Source: Corallochytrium limacisporum Hawaii (taxonomy: Eukaryota; Protista; Pluriformea). Taken from it: a stretch of 39,230 nt of DNA. Numbering within the stretch: the stretch's first letter is position 1; every line of letters begins with the position of its first letter. This document shows, one piece after another, positions 1 through 10,596 of this stretch. The position numbers were made by a program, and so were the translations under genes. Where the stretch lies: assembly GCA_002811645.1 (NCBI GenBank), contig PDIP01000084.1:1-39230 (forward strand). Direction: 5' to 3'. Below the pieces are notes generated by a model that worked only from the letters and a program-made list of their open reading frames with translations, was not told where the DNA came from and did no database searches.

Positions 1-1215
1 AAATCAAATGTGATAAGATTTATTTGATTCAAAGAAGGTTGCGACCCTATAAACCTAAATTCCTCCTTAACTTATGGGGCAGAGGTTGGTACATTGGCAT
101 TTTCACTGTCAATCCCTCGTCATCACTCCTCTGTTTATATGGCCAATCACAACTATCGGAAACTATCTTCGCATGAACACAATCATCATATCGTAAACAT
201 TCTACAAGCATCTGACCTATCGTTGCAAACTAAATGGCATGTCGCACGGGGATGGCACCAGCGGCCAAAATGCGGTGAAGGGGCGGGCCCCGCCGCTGGT
301 TTCCCTACTTTAATATGAACCGACTGGGTACGCAGCGAACACCAGCCATGTGTCAGGTGACGGCCGTCACAGTACCGTCAACACGCACTTTGGGGCCCAA
401 AAACATTGCCAGTTCACCGGCGCAACCACCAAACCACTCCCACCCTTACGTTCGGTATATATCCCCTGCGGCTCGTCCCCCAACAGGCCCGCGGGGCAGG
501 GAACTGGTATGGAACTACATCAGGGAGATGGTACCCTGCTCCAGTACGGAAACACAGAGAACATGACACATTAACGCACACACAATCCGAACAACAAAAA
601 GAGTCGGTGGTACCATCCCCGATCATACGTACCACTGTCGCAAACAAAAGACACTAAGACTGGTTGTTTCAGTAGGGTCGCTCCCCCGTGTAGCATAAGA
701 CGTCCCAAATCGCACCCAGGACCCTCTCTGTCTGCGGGCCCTGTTCCGATCCGATTCCGTTAAGGACCCCCCGGTCTCGGAAAGCGGTGGTGCCGGTGGT
801 ACTGCTTACGAACTTAATCCTCCTATGCTTCCGTGAGTCTGAAATCAAAAGTGCTCACCGGGGTGCCGGGTCTTTGATACGGCAATGTACCCAGTACCTG
901 GACCAATCTGTAGAAATTTTGATCGAATGAATTGCCCTCCCACCCATCCCCCCCTTTCTCCCCTTCCGGCGATCCACTTTGGCCGGGGGCTTTTGTCTTC
1001 GGTGATCCGGGAGTCTCGGTGGAGAACTCTTCTCGCTCGTTCTTCTCGAATGGTTTTGGTGTAAGTATGCGCTCCGTTTGAGTCTGCGTCTGACTGATTA
1101 GCATTTGGTGTACCAAACTATTTCAACAATTGTGTGCAATGTAGATATGGCACAAGAATATGTGTGGTTTGAAGATACGCGACAGACTGGCTGGCTACGC
1201 AGGGGATCCCGTGTA

Positions 1216-2034
1216 ATGTTCGGTCTCTTAAGGGCGTCAAGACTAGTCTCTCAAAATTCGCAAACAGGAATTATAAAACGTACCTTTACTACTACAACAG
1301 CAATCAAAATGTCCAAGTCTGACAAGCCCATTACCCTCTACACAGCCGGCACCCCCAACGGCTGGAAGGCCAGCATTATGCTGGAGGAATGCGGGGTGCA
1401 GTACAACGTCGAGAGGTTCCTGCTGAGCAAGCTCACCCAGAAGGAGGAATGGTTCCTGAAAATCAACCCCAATGGTCGCATTCCTGCTATTGTGGACCAC
1501 GAAACCGGCATCAACAGCTGGGAATCCGCTGCAGTCTTGATCTATCTCGCCGAAAAGTACAACCGCACCGATTTGCTCCCTCCCACGACCGAACCTGCTA
1601 AACGCGCAGCGGTTCTGAGTTGGGTCATGTTCCAAATGGGTGGCCAAGGTCCCATGCAGGGACAGGCAAACCATTTCCTGCGCTACGCTCCGGAGACCAT
1701 TGAGTACGGCATCAAACGTTACCAGAACGAGTCCCGCCGTCTCTATGAGGTCATGGAGCGCAGTTTGAGCAAAAACGATTACATTGCCGGTGATAGCTTC
1801 ACTATCGCTGACATTGCATTGATTGGGTGGGCCGTGGCAGCCCCGTGGGCTGGTCTGGAGATCGAAGACCTGAAGGGTGTCCAGGCCTGGATCGACCGCT
1901 GCCGCAAGCGTGAGTCCGTGCGCAGGGGTCTGGACGTTCCGGAGCCCAATAAAATGCTCGAGGCTCTGGCCGATCCCGAACACATGAAAAAAATCAAGGA
2001 AGAGGCGGCCAAGATGATGGTCAGCCACAAATAA
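1216..2034 (+). CDS. Glutathione S-transferase, Ure2p/YfcG(Nu)-like; probable alternative start at 1309
   Basis: TPNG active-site motif, INPNGRIPAI cis-Pro loop, WESAAVL (ES motif) and C-terminal FTIADIA N-cap. GC3-rich codons from ATG 1309 (caaaATG context). ATG 1216 adds a presequence-like extension. Confidence 0.93.
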   Translation: MFGLLRASRLVSQNSQTGIIKRTFTTTTAIKMSKSDKPITLYTAGTPNGWKASIMLEECGVQYNVERFLLSKLTQKEEWFLKINPNGRIPAIVDHETGINSWESAAVLIYLAEKYNRTDLLPPTTEPAKRAAVLSWVMFQMGGQGPMQGQANHFLRYAPETIEYGIKRYQNESRRLYEVMERSLSKNDYIAGDSFTIADIALIGWAVAAPWAGLEIEDLKGVQAWIDRCRKRESVRRGLDVPEPNKMLEALADPEHMKKIKEEAAKMMVSHK

Positions 2035-2164
2035 ATGGCTTTTTCCCTCGTAGGTAAACTGGGCAAGGATACCCAAATCATGTATGTACACGACAAAAAA
2101 AATAAAACAGTCAGCTATCTATGTATTCAGTTTCATTTTCCCCGACCACAACTATCGGGCCCAG

Positions 2165-2692
2165 TTACTTCGTAAGCTTCTGATCCAGGTCCTGAACCAG
2201 ACCTTCAACGATTGACGCACTTTCTTTGATGTAGTCCGCGTTCCAGGCAGGTGAGACTGAGTTCATAAGGTTGTACCGTGACTCCTGTCCACGGGCCCGC
2301 ACGGCCAGCCAGTGATTCCGGCTAGAATTGTCATAGTAAGTCACGAGCCGGATGGATTCCCGTACACCCTGGGGACGAGGCCGAAATCCTTTCGTGCAGA
2401 TCTCCATATTCAGGTCTCCAGTGAGTGCGTCGAATATAGGCTGGCCTTGCGAACGGTTCTGCGCCAGCCAGGCCGGTCTTGACCGCTGCAGTTCTTCGAC
2501 TACGGCCTCCGCCATTGGATGTGGAGGAATTTGCTGTGTTTTGCTACCGAACCGAACCCTCAGATCGTCGATGAAACTCATGCCACTGCTCGCAGCCGGC
2601 ACTGCATTTGTGTATTGCTGCTTTGGCATGCCCCACCAGGCAGTGCCGACTCCTACAAGTCGTCTCAGAGGTGTCATGGACATGGTTGACAT
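2165..2692 (-). CDS. Hypothetical protein (175 aa)
   Basis: Open frame from the first ATG at 2692, convergent with GST 130 nt from its stop. Protein-like composition; family not recognised. Confidence 0.6.
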   Translation of the reverse strand: MSTMSMTPLRRLVGVGTAWWGMPKQQYTNAVPAASSGMSFIDDLRVRFGSKTQQIPPHPMAEAVVEELQRSRPAWLAQNRSQGQPIFDALTGDLNMEICTKGFRPRPQGVRESIRLVTYYDNSSRNHWLAVRARGQESRYNLMNSVSPAWNADYIKESASIVEGLVQDLDQKLTK

Positions 2693-5600
2693 GTGTGTGA
2701 CTATACAATTTAGCAAGGGTTTCTTGTCCAACTCTTTGCTATGAACGTGTCATTTAGCCGATTTCACTGTTTCTACCCAAAAAGCTTACACTTGGTTTAT
2801 GTACTCATTCTATCTCATTGCCCCAAAACAACCTGTGAGCCCCTTGTACCAATCCCTGAATACCTTTCTGATGCAGAGCTGGTGTCTATGCTCGCACACA
2901 CTTGCATAGGATTGTCCGCTGGCGGTTCTCAATTCTACAGTTGCATGCTTGTTGCAACTGAGGTGTGTGGGTGATTGTGTGGACATACAAAACAGAATAG
3001 AAGCATACCATTCGACTCATTGGAAGGAAACGGGAGTTCGCCCCCTTGCGCACTGTGACAAGTGGACGGCTAGCCAGTGACCCTGCCATTGTCCCTACGC
3101 ACTCATGTCGATTGCTGATAGGTCTATGCATATACAAATCTACACGAATATATACTAAATATACTTTCAAGAAAGGAATAGACCAAATATATTGTGCTCG
3201 ACCTCTGCGAGACACGTTGGTGGCAACGGCAAGCATTTTGAACAGAACGCTTGCAGGGAGGCCTTCTGTCCCCTTTCCAGATTCTGCGCCTTTTATGGTT
3301 TGCTGACACCCAAAAGCAAACAGCTAATACCATCGTGTGTCACCTAAAAATAACTAATCACCAATTTGCATATTTAATGTACCGGCAATTTGATCAAATT
3401 GAAAAGTCTCCCGACTATACCGCCCCCGTCCGACGCAGGGAACCGGCGAATTCGGGAGTCGAGTTGGGCACACCGAAGATTGAAGATTTTTCAGAGGACC
3501 GGCACTTCATGCTGGAAAACTATGGTACACTCACTACGGAGCGTACGGGTAGGGGTCTTCGGTGTCCAGATTCACGTGTTTCCCGCTCGGTGCAACGGGC
3601 GGGCGGCAGCATTTTAGGTTCCATCTACCCCCCCCCCCAAGACCCCTTTCAGTAGATTCACTATAAGAAGTAAGAAATTGAGACTAAGGGGCCCCTTCTC
3701 TGGCAAAAATAGACTCCCCGTGCAGGGAATTTGTTCATGGCTACCGAAGGGAACCGTGACATGCCGCCCGGTGCGGGAATACCTGAAAAGGTGCGGGAGA
3801 GGAGCCGAAGAATTTTTGGGGGGAATCTCATGTCCTATAGTGAATGTAGGGGAAAGAGAGAGCGGAAGAAAGGCACAAGGAAAAAATTACAGCCTATCCA
3901 GCTCGGGTGTATATCGGCCGTGTTTCGTTCTTTTTTTGCGGTAGGTGTGACCACAATGTATTTCACCGCACCGAGTATCCATATATTCAGTATGATGATG
4001 GTGTTCATAAACTTCCGCAGTTCCGGGAGGGACAGTTCTTCTCGAAATTCCGTTTGGCTCCCCCATTCGCTTTTCCATTTCGCGTAGGACCGTCACCAGA
4101 ATCACACCGGGCCCCACGGTGTGCAGATCGCCCGTCACGTCGAGCGAACCACGCAGCCATTCGGCGCAGCCAAACGGCAGGCGGATCGGCCTTTTGGAAA
4201 ACTAGGCGTGGCGTTGTGGAGTCGTTTTAACGAAGCGGAAAAGGGGGAGGGAGTAAACGGATTTGTACTACCGGCCCCGGGGTTCGTCACCCATGTACTT
4301 TACGTCACGGACCGGTATGCTGATCATCGGGAGGATCATGCACATTCATGTACGGTAACAACATCGTCAATCCCCGTTGTACATGTAGACATACCAGTTA
4401 GGATGCTCCTCATCTTGCTCAACATCCCGGGCGGGTGCGCTAATAGGCGATGGTTCAACTGTGCATGGTACGCTAATGGTATTTACAAGTTGCAGCACTG
4501 CACTGAGCACGCGGGCCACCAAGTCTAGGGCCCGACGTTGATCTCAGTACGGCGCACAACCGCCCAACAACCCCCAGCCGTTATGGTAGCAAAATCGTAC
4601 CCACTTGAGCAAGTGTGCAAAGGCCCGCAGTTCGCTGCAGCCAGGTATTGTGTTGTAAACGTAGGTCTACTATCTGTACCTAGATAAGAGCAATAGAATT
4701 CTGTTGTAGGACGGCGCCATCCGGAGCACTGTTGGGCCCGATACCGGTGCGGAACTCCGGATACACTCATATATCCCATAGTCCGGTACTCAAAATTTCC
4801 TACCAAAAGGACTACGAGTCCCGAGATGGTCCACGGGCGGTGTGAACTACGTCACTTGCACCGTCACTGAGCCAGACTGGGTGGGAGGGGCATGATCAGC
4901 AGCTGTGTGTGAGCATGCAGGAAACGACTCCGTAGTTCAAGTTTCGCCTTCGGCACGCGTTGTTTCCAAGCATCTACTACTAGATGACCCTAGATCAGAT
5001 GATGGTGCTCGACTCTGGGGCAGCAGTGCATGTGGCGTCTCGGTTACGTGGAACCTTGTCAGCTCGCTCATGGCTGGCCAAACTGAACTTCCCCCGAAAA
5101 CCCACCGAGCCTTCCCCCGGGTACTTTGTATTCCGGGGAGTCCATATTTAAGCTGGTTTCCCCCTGTCGCGAGTAAGATCTCACAGCAATTCCTCGTTTC
5201 TATAGTGAATGTATTCAGGAATGACATAAGCGCAAGGAGGTCAGTGGAATCTAGCCCGGGCCCAGCCTCAACGAAACAGATAAAAAATGGCGTTCTTTTT
5301 CCGCAACGATCACCCCAACTGGCACCGGGGCCGAAAGGGGAGGGGGACCCAATCGGAAACTAAGAGTTTTCCCCGCTCTGTTTTTTTTTCGATACTCAAA
5401 CAACCGAGCACGACTACCACTTTCACCAGCAAACCACCCAATCCGCAGGTTCCGACCGTGTTTTTTTTCATTGGTTTGATAATTCAAAACAATCGGTATG
5501 AAAACCACAAGCCGCTCGGGCCATCGGCACATGTCGGCCCTTGGAAATCTACTCAATACATTCAAAATAGCTTTCCCGATCCGCAGCACGAAGGCCACAT

Positions 5601-6234
5601 GCAACGATGGCGTTAATTGAAAACCAACAAAACAAACCTGGGAGGGAGGGTCGAACCGAGCAAGCCCCGCAGACGCCCACCATGTTTTGCCAATTTCTTG
5701 AGTCCCTACTGTTTGTGTAGAGAAATTGAACCGGAACTCCCAGCAACGGACGACGAAATCATCAAAATTGTGGGAGAATGGACGCTCATTTTGCATTGCC
5801 ACGGAGAAATTCGAAGGAAGAGTTTAGATAGAAAAGAAGAACACGAGTGAGAACCAGGAACGCGAGAACACGACAGGGTTGACCACGAGCCCTGTCTATT
5901 TATTCTAGATTCTTTTTGTTCTATTCTGGTTTTTTTTTACCATTTTCTTTTTTTTTTTCGTTTTAGTCCTCTCTCCCCCTTCCCCTCCGTTCCTTTCCTG
6001 TTCCCCTGAAGAGAGAAAGAAAAAGAATGCAAAATAGACTAAAACATGGACAAAAAAAAGTTGGTACCTACAAAGAGCGGGAAGGGACGAGGGACCGGAC
6101 AACGGGGAAACAGAAAATGCGAGGGGACACCGTAATATTTCCCTGCGCAGCAGCATCTGCGCGAACACCGCGAACCGTTGTCTGGGCGCCTTTGGGGGCG
6201 CGCCCATTTGGGTCTTTCTCGATGGAGTGATTTC

Positions 6235-6325
6235 TGTGCGCAAAAATCCCCATGTCCTTCCGGCGGATTCAATACTGAAAGTATGGAATTGAATCCGTAA
6301 GGACTCGTTGCGGTTTTGGAGCACG
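6235..6325. other. Long imperfect hairpin (about 32 pairs), pri-miRNA-like
   Basis: Perfect core CGGATTCAAT 6264-6273 / ATTGAATCCG 6288-6297, plus GTCCTT 6254-6259 / AAGGAC 6299-6304. Pairing continues to GTGC 6236-6239 / GCAC 6321-6324. Folded by hand. Confidence 0.4.
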
Positions 6326-6970
6326 ATTCAAAAAAAAGGAAAGTCAACCAGGGAAACCCAGAATACCCAGGAGAGAGCAAAGTAAGGCAAAAACACGTCC
6401 CTTTCCCAAAGGACAGGAGACCCTTGCGACCGAGCGACAGAGAGGGGGATGAGCAGGAACTGATGAAAACTGCCAGAATGGAAGAAGTAGGGCCAGGTGT
6501 CTCTTTGGGCCTTATGGCGTTCTCGCAGCTCCACGTACACACACACACACACCCGGGGCGCACTCACCAGCCCACCGCAGAAGAAGGAGAAATGGCTAGG
6601 AATCCTTAATTTCTTTTTCCTTTTGGGTTATCACGCGGCCCATTCGAATATCTTATCACTTTCAATAATGAACCTAAGCGATTGTTTTCTGCGTAACTAC
6701 ACATCCCGGGTAGTTGCGTGTCTAGACCACCCCCCTCCCCCTTTTCCTCTCCTGCTGGTCTCCTGCCCGGTTTCCCCATTTCCGGCGGATACGGGCGGTT
6801 CTGGGGGTAGGTAGGTAGGTCAGCTTTGCAGCAGTTCTCCCAAAACCGGTCCCTCCGGGCCCATATTCGGTTACCACCGATCCGCCCAGAAGTACCGAGG
6901 AAAGTGAAAGTTGGGCTTCCCCCCTCCCCACTCCGCGACCCTTCTCAACCCTTCTTCCTTTGTTTTTTTG

Positions 6971-6994
6971 GGGTGTGTGGGTGTGTGGGTGTGT
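6971..6994 (+). repeat. (GGGTGTGT)x3 short tandem repeat
   Basis: Three exact 8-bp units read directly. Confidence 0.85.
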
Positions 6995-7222
6995 TTAATA
7001 AGTTTTCAGTCGATATTTTTTCCTTTTTCTTTCAGCTTTAACTTTTGTCTCGTTGCCTCCACATTCCCCTTCCCCCCTTGCCTCCCACCTTCGCGGTTTA
7101 GTTCCCGTTGGTTTCTTGCTATTGCCGCTCACAGGGTCACCTCTTTTTCTATTGCTTTTTTCCCATCTGTCCTTTTTTTCTTTTCTTCTTTTCTTTTTTT
7201 TTTTGGTTTACGGGGAGAAGGG

Positions 7223-7699
7223 NNNNNNNNNNNNNNNNNNNNNNNNNNNNNNNNNNNNNNNNNNNNNNNNNNNNNNNNNNNNNNNNNNNNNNNNNNNNNN
7301 NNNNNNNNNNNNNNNNNNNNNNNNNNNNNNNNNNNNNNNNNNNNNNNNNNNNNNNNNNNNNNNNNNNNNNNNNNNNNNNNNNNNNNNNNNNNNNNNNNNN
7401 NNNNNNNNNNNNNNNNNNNNNNNNNNNNNNNNNNNNNNNNNNNNNNNNNNNNNNNNNNNNNNNNNNNNNNNNNNNNNNNNNNNNNNNNNNNNNNNNNNNN
7501 NNNNNNNNNNNNNNNNNNNNNNNNNNNNNNNNNNNNNNNNNNNNNNNNNNNNNNNNNNNNNNNNNNNNNNNNNNNNNNNNNNNNNNNNNNNNNNNNNNNN
7601 NNNNNNNNNNNNNNNNNNNNNNNNNNNNNNNNNNNNNNNNNNNNNNNNNNNNNNNNNNNNNNNNNNNNNNNNNNNNNNNNNNNNNNNNNNNNNNNNNNN
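7223..7699. other. Assembly gap (477 N)
   Basis: Run of N with G-rich flanks. Confidence 1.
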
Positions 7700-8185
7700 G
7701 GAAGGAGGGACAGGGGCGGGGTTTGTGGTGTACACCTGCCTCCTCGGCCGTGGAGTCGGATTTTACACGCTCGCCGGCCCCCCCCACCAGTGGTAGTGCT
7801 GGGGCGACTGGGTATGGGTCCGCTGAAGGTGACTTGGCAGGGAACGTGTGCTGCAAGTCCGTTTCTGTTTCCTGTGTGTTTCGCGGCACATTTCCTGCGT
7901 ATCGGACGCTTTAGCACACAACAAATAAGTTGACTGATGATATGTGCACACACTTAGCAGTTATGCGAACTGTTGAAGATCAAACCGCTTCACAGGGTAC
8001 TTCCAAGAGGCCCAGGAACATGGACACCTTCAGCTGTAAGTAGATCGGTCAGTAACGCTGTTTGACAGTAGTGATTCTTTATCGAGACGTACACAGCATC
8101 TGGCGATGATTCACATGGGAGTAAACATGGACTGATCTGAGGCGGTATCCGTAACAGTTAGAACGCAGAAGGCACATAGGCAGTC

Positions 8186-10351
8186 ATGTCCGGCGAGGCA
8201 GCGCCGCGCCTGCCGAGCATTGGGAAGGCTACACAGCTGCGCGCCTCAACGCGCCCTTCAGAGGCCACAATTGTGTCCCAGGAGTTTTTTGATGCACCCA
8301 GCCGGATTGGAAGCACAAAATCGGCCCAAGTTCCAGAGTTATCCTTTGGTCGGGATACACACGCCCCGCATAGATTAGCAGGAGAGTGCATTACGCCTAG
8401 GGACCTAGACAATCAGAGAGTGCCAGACCCAGACGACGGGTATAATGACTACAGTGAAATGGAAATAAGCGGGTCTCAGGAACTGCCCGTATCACAGGTC
8501 AGCACAAAAACTATCGAGATTACCTATCCCGAGGCTCATGTGGAGGACATGCGAGCACCTCCAGCGACACGGACGGAACGCCGGAGCAGGAGGGACCGTA
8601 CCAGTACGAAATTCAAAAGTATATTTAAGAGAGCCACTACTCAGGCATCAAGTTTCTTGACACGGTCACCATCCATTGATCACAGTGATAAGGAAAACAA
8701 TACCGGGTCGACAGTACTGAAACTTCCGAAGAAATTGAGGGCACAGGCCGATCACAAAGGCTCTCCGAACCAAAGTCCTCGGGACGAACAGCCGATCAGC
8801 CCTCGTACGCGCAGCTTTGAACAACTAAACACAGCTGAGTCAGGATCTTTGCACCACCAGAACAGCAACCCAAGTTTAGTGTCGTCGCCTACTCGCTCGA
8901 ATACGCCCGGTACTGAGGCACTGGCGCGAAACGGACTGGGAGCCATCGCTCTGAGCGGTGCCGAACTCCACAAGACCGCATCAAGCGGAAGTTTACGCGG
9001 GCTCACTCTCGAGGGATACAACACATACCTATCTCCAGGAAAGAAGAGCAAAGATTTTGGACAGCTGGTCTGTCTGCAATCTTTGCGCAACGCCCACCAG
9101 GGATCGATCTACTGCATGGAATTCAGCCCCTGCGGACGCATGCTAGCTACCGCGGGCGAGGATGGTCTTGTCAAAGTTTGGGTCTTGCATGCCTTCCAGG
9201 AGCACATTGCCGCCCTTTGTGAACTTACAGACGACGACATTGACTACATAAGACGCGACGTTGAAATGTACCAAGATGATCGGTCCAGCACCACATTCGA
9301 CGACTGGATGACGAACTACGGAAGTAACACTAGCCTCAACGGCGTTGGTGGTGGCAGTGTCCCTTCCAGTGCTGGTACACAACCTGGCAAGAACAGTCAA
9401 CTGAATGGTAAACTGGCTATCAGTCTGTTCAACCGCATTCCATTGCGCAATTACACTGGACACACGGACCAGATCGTGACCCTGAGCTGGTACAACTCAT
9501 ATTTCCTGCTGACTGGAAGCGTCGATAGGACGGTGAGGCTGTGGCACATTTCGCGGGACGAGTGTTTGCTTACCTTCCAACATCCAGACGCCATAGTCAG
9601 CGTAGCCTTTGACCCCACAGATGATCGTCTTTTCATGAGCGCATCACTGGACGCGAAGTTGCGTATCTGGAGCATTGAGAGCAAGAAAGTATTGACCTGG
9701 AACTCGGTAAGCGCTTCTGATGCACTAATCTCGAAAGCCACCTTCTGCAACAACGGCAAAACCGTAGTTGCTGGTACATTTGATGGCCAACTTATCTTCT
9801 TCAATATTGAGCATGTCCGTGGCAACAGCGAATTGCACATGCGATACCATACACAGATCTCGGTCAAGTCGAGCCGTGGTAAGAACAAGAAGGGCCACAA
9901 GATTTGCGGCATTGCCAACGCAAACCGTGCCGGAGACCGTCTCATTGTCACTTCCAACGACTCGCGCATTCGTGTCTATGACCTCAAGGGCCACAAGCTT
10001 GTGTGCAAGTACAAAGGCTTCGCCTCCGATGGTAACAGTCCGCTTAATGCGACGGTTAGCGAGGACGGTGTCTACATGATTTGCCCGAGCGAGGATTCGA
10101 ACGTCTTCTTCTGGAAGATGAGCCACGAGGCCTGCGACCTCTCCAAGGACGCACATGGCAAATTCCGCCGTGACCGCAATCCGCACTTTGAAGTCTTCAA
10201 CCCCCGTTCGGAGTCACCGTCCACTGTAGCTCGCTTCATGCCCTTCTCCACCATGAAGCTGCAGGTGGCAGAAGAGGCAGGAAACAGTCAAAACGTGGGT
10301 CTTGCCGTGGCCAACCGCGACGGTGATCTGACCTTCATTCTCAATCTCTAG
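8186..10351 (+). CDS. WDR44: WD repeat protein 44 (Rab11-binding protein / rabphilin-11)-like
   Basis: Disordered N-terminus, then WD40 repeats: AHQGSIYCMEFSPCGRMLATAGEDGLVKVW, GHTDQIVTLSW, DRTVRLWHIS, KGHKICGI, TSNDSRIRVYD, CKYKG. These match the WDR44/Dgr2 family. Confidence 0.88.
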   Translation: MSGEAAPRLPSIGKATQLRASTRPSEATIVSQEFFDAPSRIGSTKSAQVPELSFGRDTHAPHRLAGECITPRDLDNQRVPDPDDGYNDYSEMEISGSQELPVSQVSTKTIEITYPEAHVEDMRAPPATRTERRSRRDRTSTKFKSIFKRATTQASSFLTRSPSIDHSDKENNTGSTVLKLPKKLRAQADHKGSPNQSPRDEQPISPRTRSFEQLNTAESGSLHHQNSNPSLVSSPTRSNTPGTEALARNGLGAIALSGAELHKTASSGSLRGLTLEGYNTYLSPGKKSKDFGQLVCLQSLRNAHQGSIYCMEFSPCGRMLATAGEDGLVKVWVLHAFQEHIAALCELTDDDIDYIRRDVEMYQDDRSSTTFDDWMTNYGSNTSLNGVGGGSVPSSAGTQPGKNSQLNGKLAISLFNRIPLRNYTGHTDQIVTLSWYNSYFLLTGSVDRTVRLWHISRDECLLTFQHPDAIVSVAFDPTDDRLFMSASLDAKLRIWSIESKKVLTWNSVSASDALISKATFCNNGKTVVAGTFDGQLIFFNIEHVRGNSELHMRYHTQISVKSSRGKNKKGHKICGIANANRAGDRLIVTSNDSRIRVYDLKGHKLVCKYKGFASDGNSPLNATVSEDGVYMICPSEDSNVFFWKMSHEACDLSKDAHGKFRRDRNPHFEVFNPRSESPSTVARFMPFSTMKLQVAEEAGNSQNVGLAVANRDGDLTFILNL

Positions 10352-10468
10352 CATAAGTGCACCGCCACATCATTACAAAGCATAGACCGTGAAACCTTTC
10401 ACCGCTATCGTGAGTGTCTTGTATTCAACTCGCATTGATTTCTCTCTTGCCCGTTCCACCCCCCCTTG

Positions 10469-10488
10469 TCTCTCTCTCTCTCTCTCTC
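10469..10488 (+). repeat. (TC)10 microsatellite within a ~130-nt pyrimidine tract
   Basis: Read directly; the pyrimidine-rich tract spans about 10440-10575. Confidence 0.85.
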
Positions 10489-10596
10489 CGCTCTCTGTGT
10501 CTATCTCCCCTTCCGCTCGCTCTCCCTGTCCCCTCTCGCTCTCTGCCCCCTCTCCCTCACTCTCGAGCCCTGCCCAAAACCCACCCTTAACAGGGG

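Noticed and set aside
596-614. AAAAAGAGTCGGTGG, reminiscent of a tracrRNA 3' end
   Set aside because: Short chance match; no repeats, cas gene or TnpB/Fanzor ORF in the window.
1243-2091. 282-aa minus-strand ORF
   Set aside because: Antisense shadow of the GC3-biased GST gene.
3251-3655. Plus-strand ORF (92 aa from ATG 3377)
   Set aside because: Short, no recognisable motif, and runs through a C11 tract; cannot be supported as a gene.
4186-4197. TCGGCCTTTTGG, matching the U2 snRNA 5' region
   Set aside because: Only 12 nt; no branch-point-pairing GTGTAGTA or Sm site follows.
6911-7953. Six long ORFs spanning the gap
   Set aside because: Artefacts of the N run and low-complexity flanks.
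8071-8140. Possible C/D snoRNA (GTGATT...GATGAT...CTGA)
   Set aside because: Degenerate boxes, no rRNA complementarity recognised; probably the WDR44 5' UTR.
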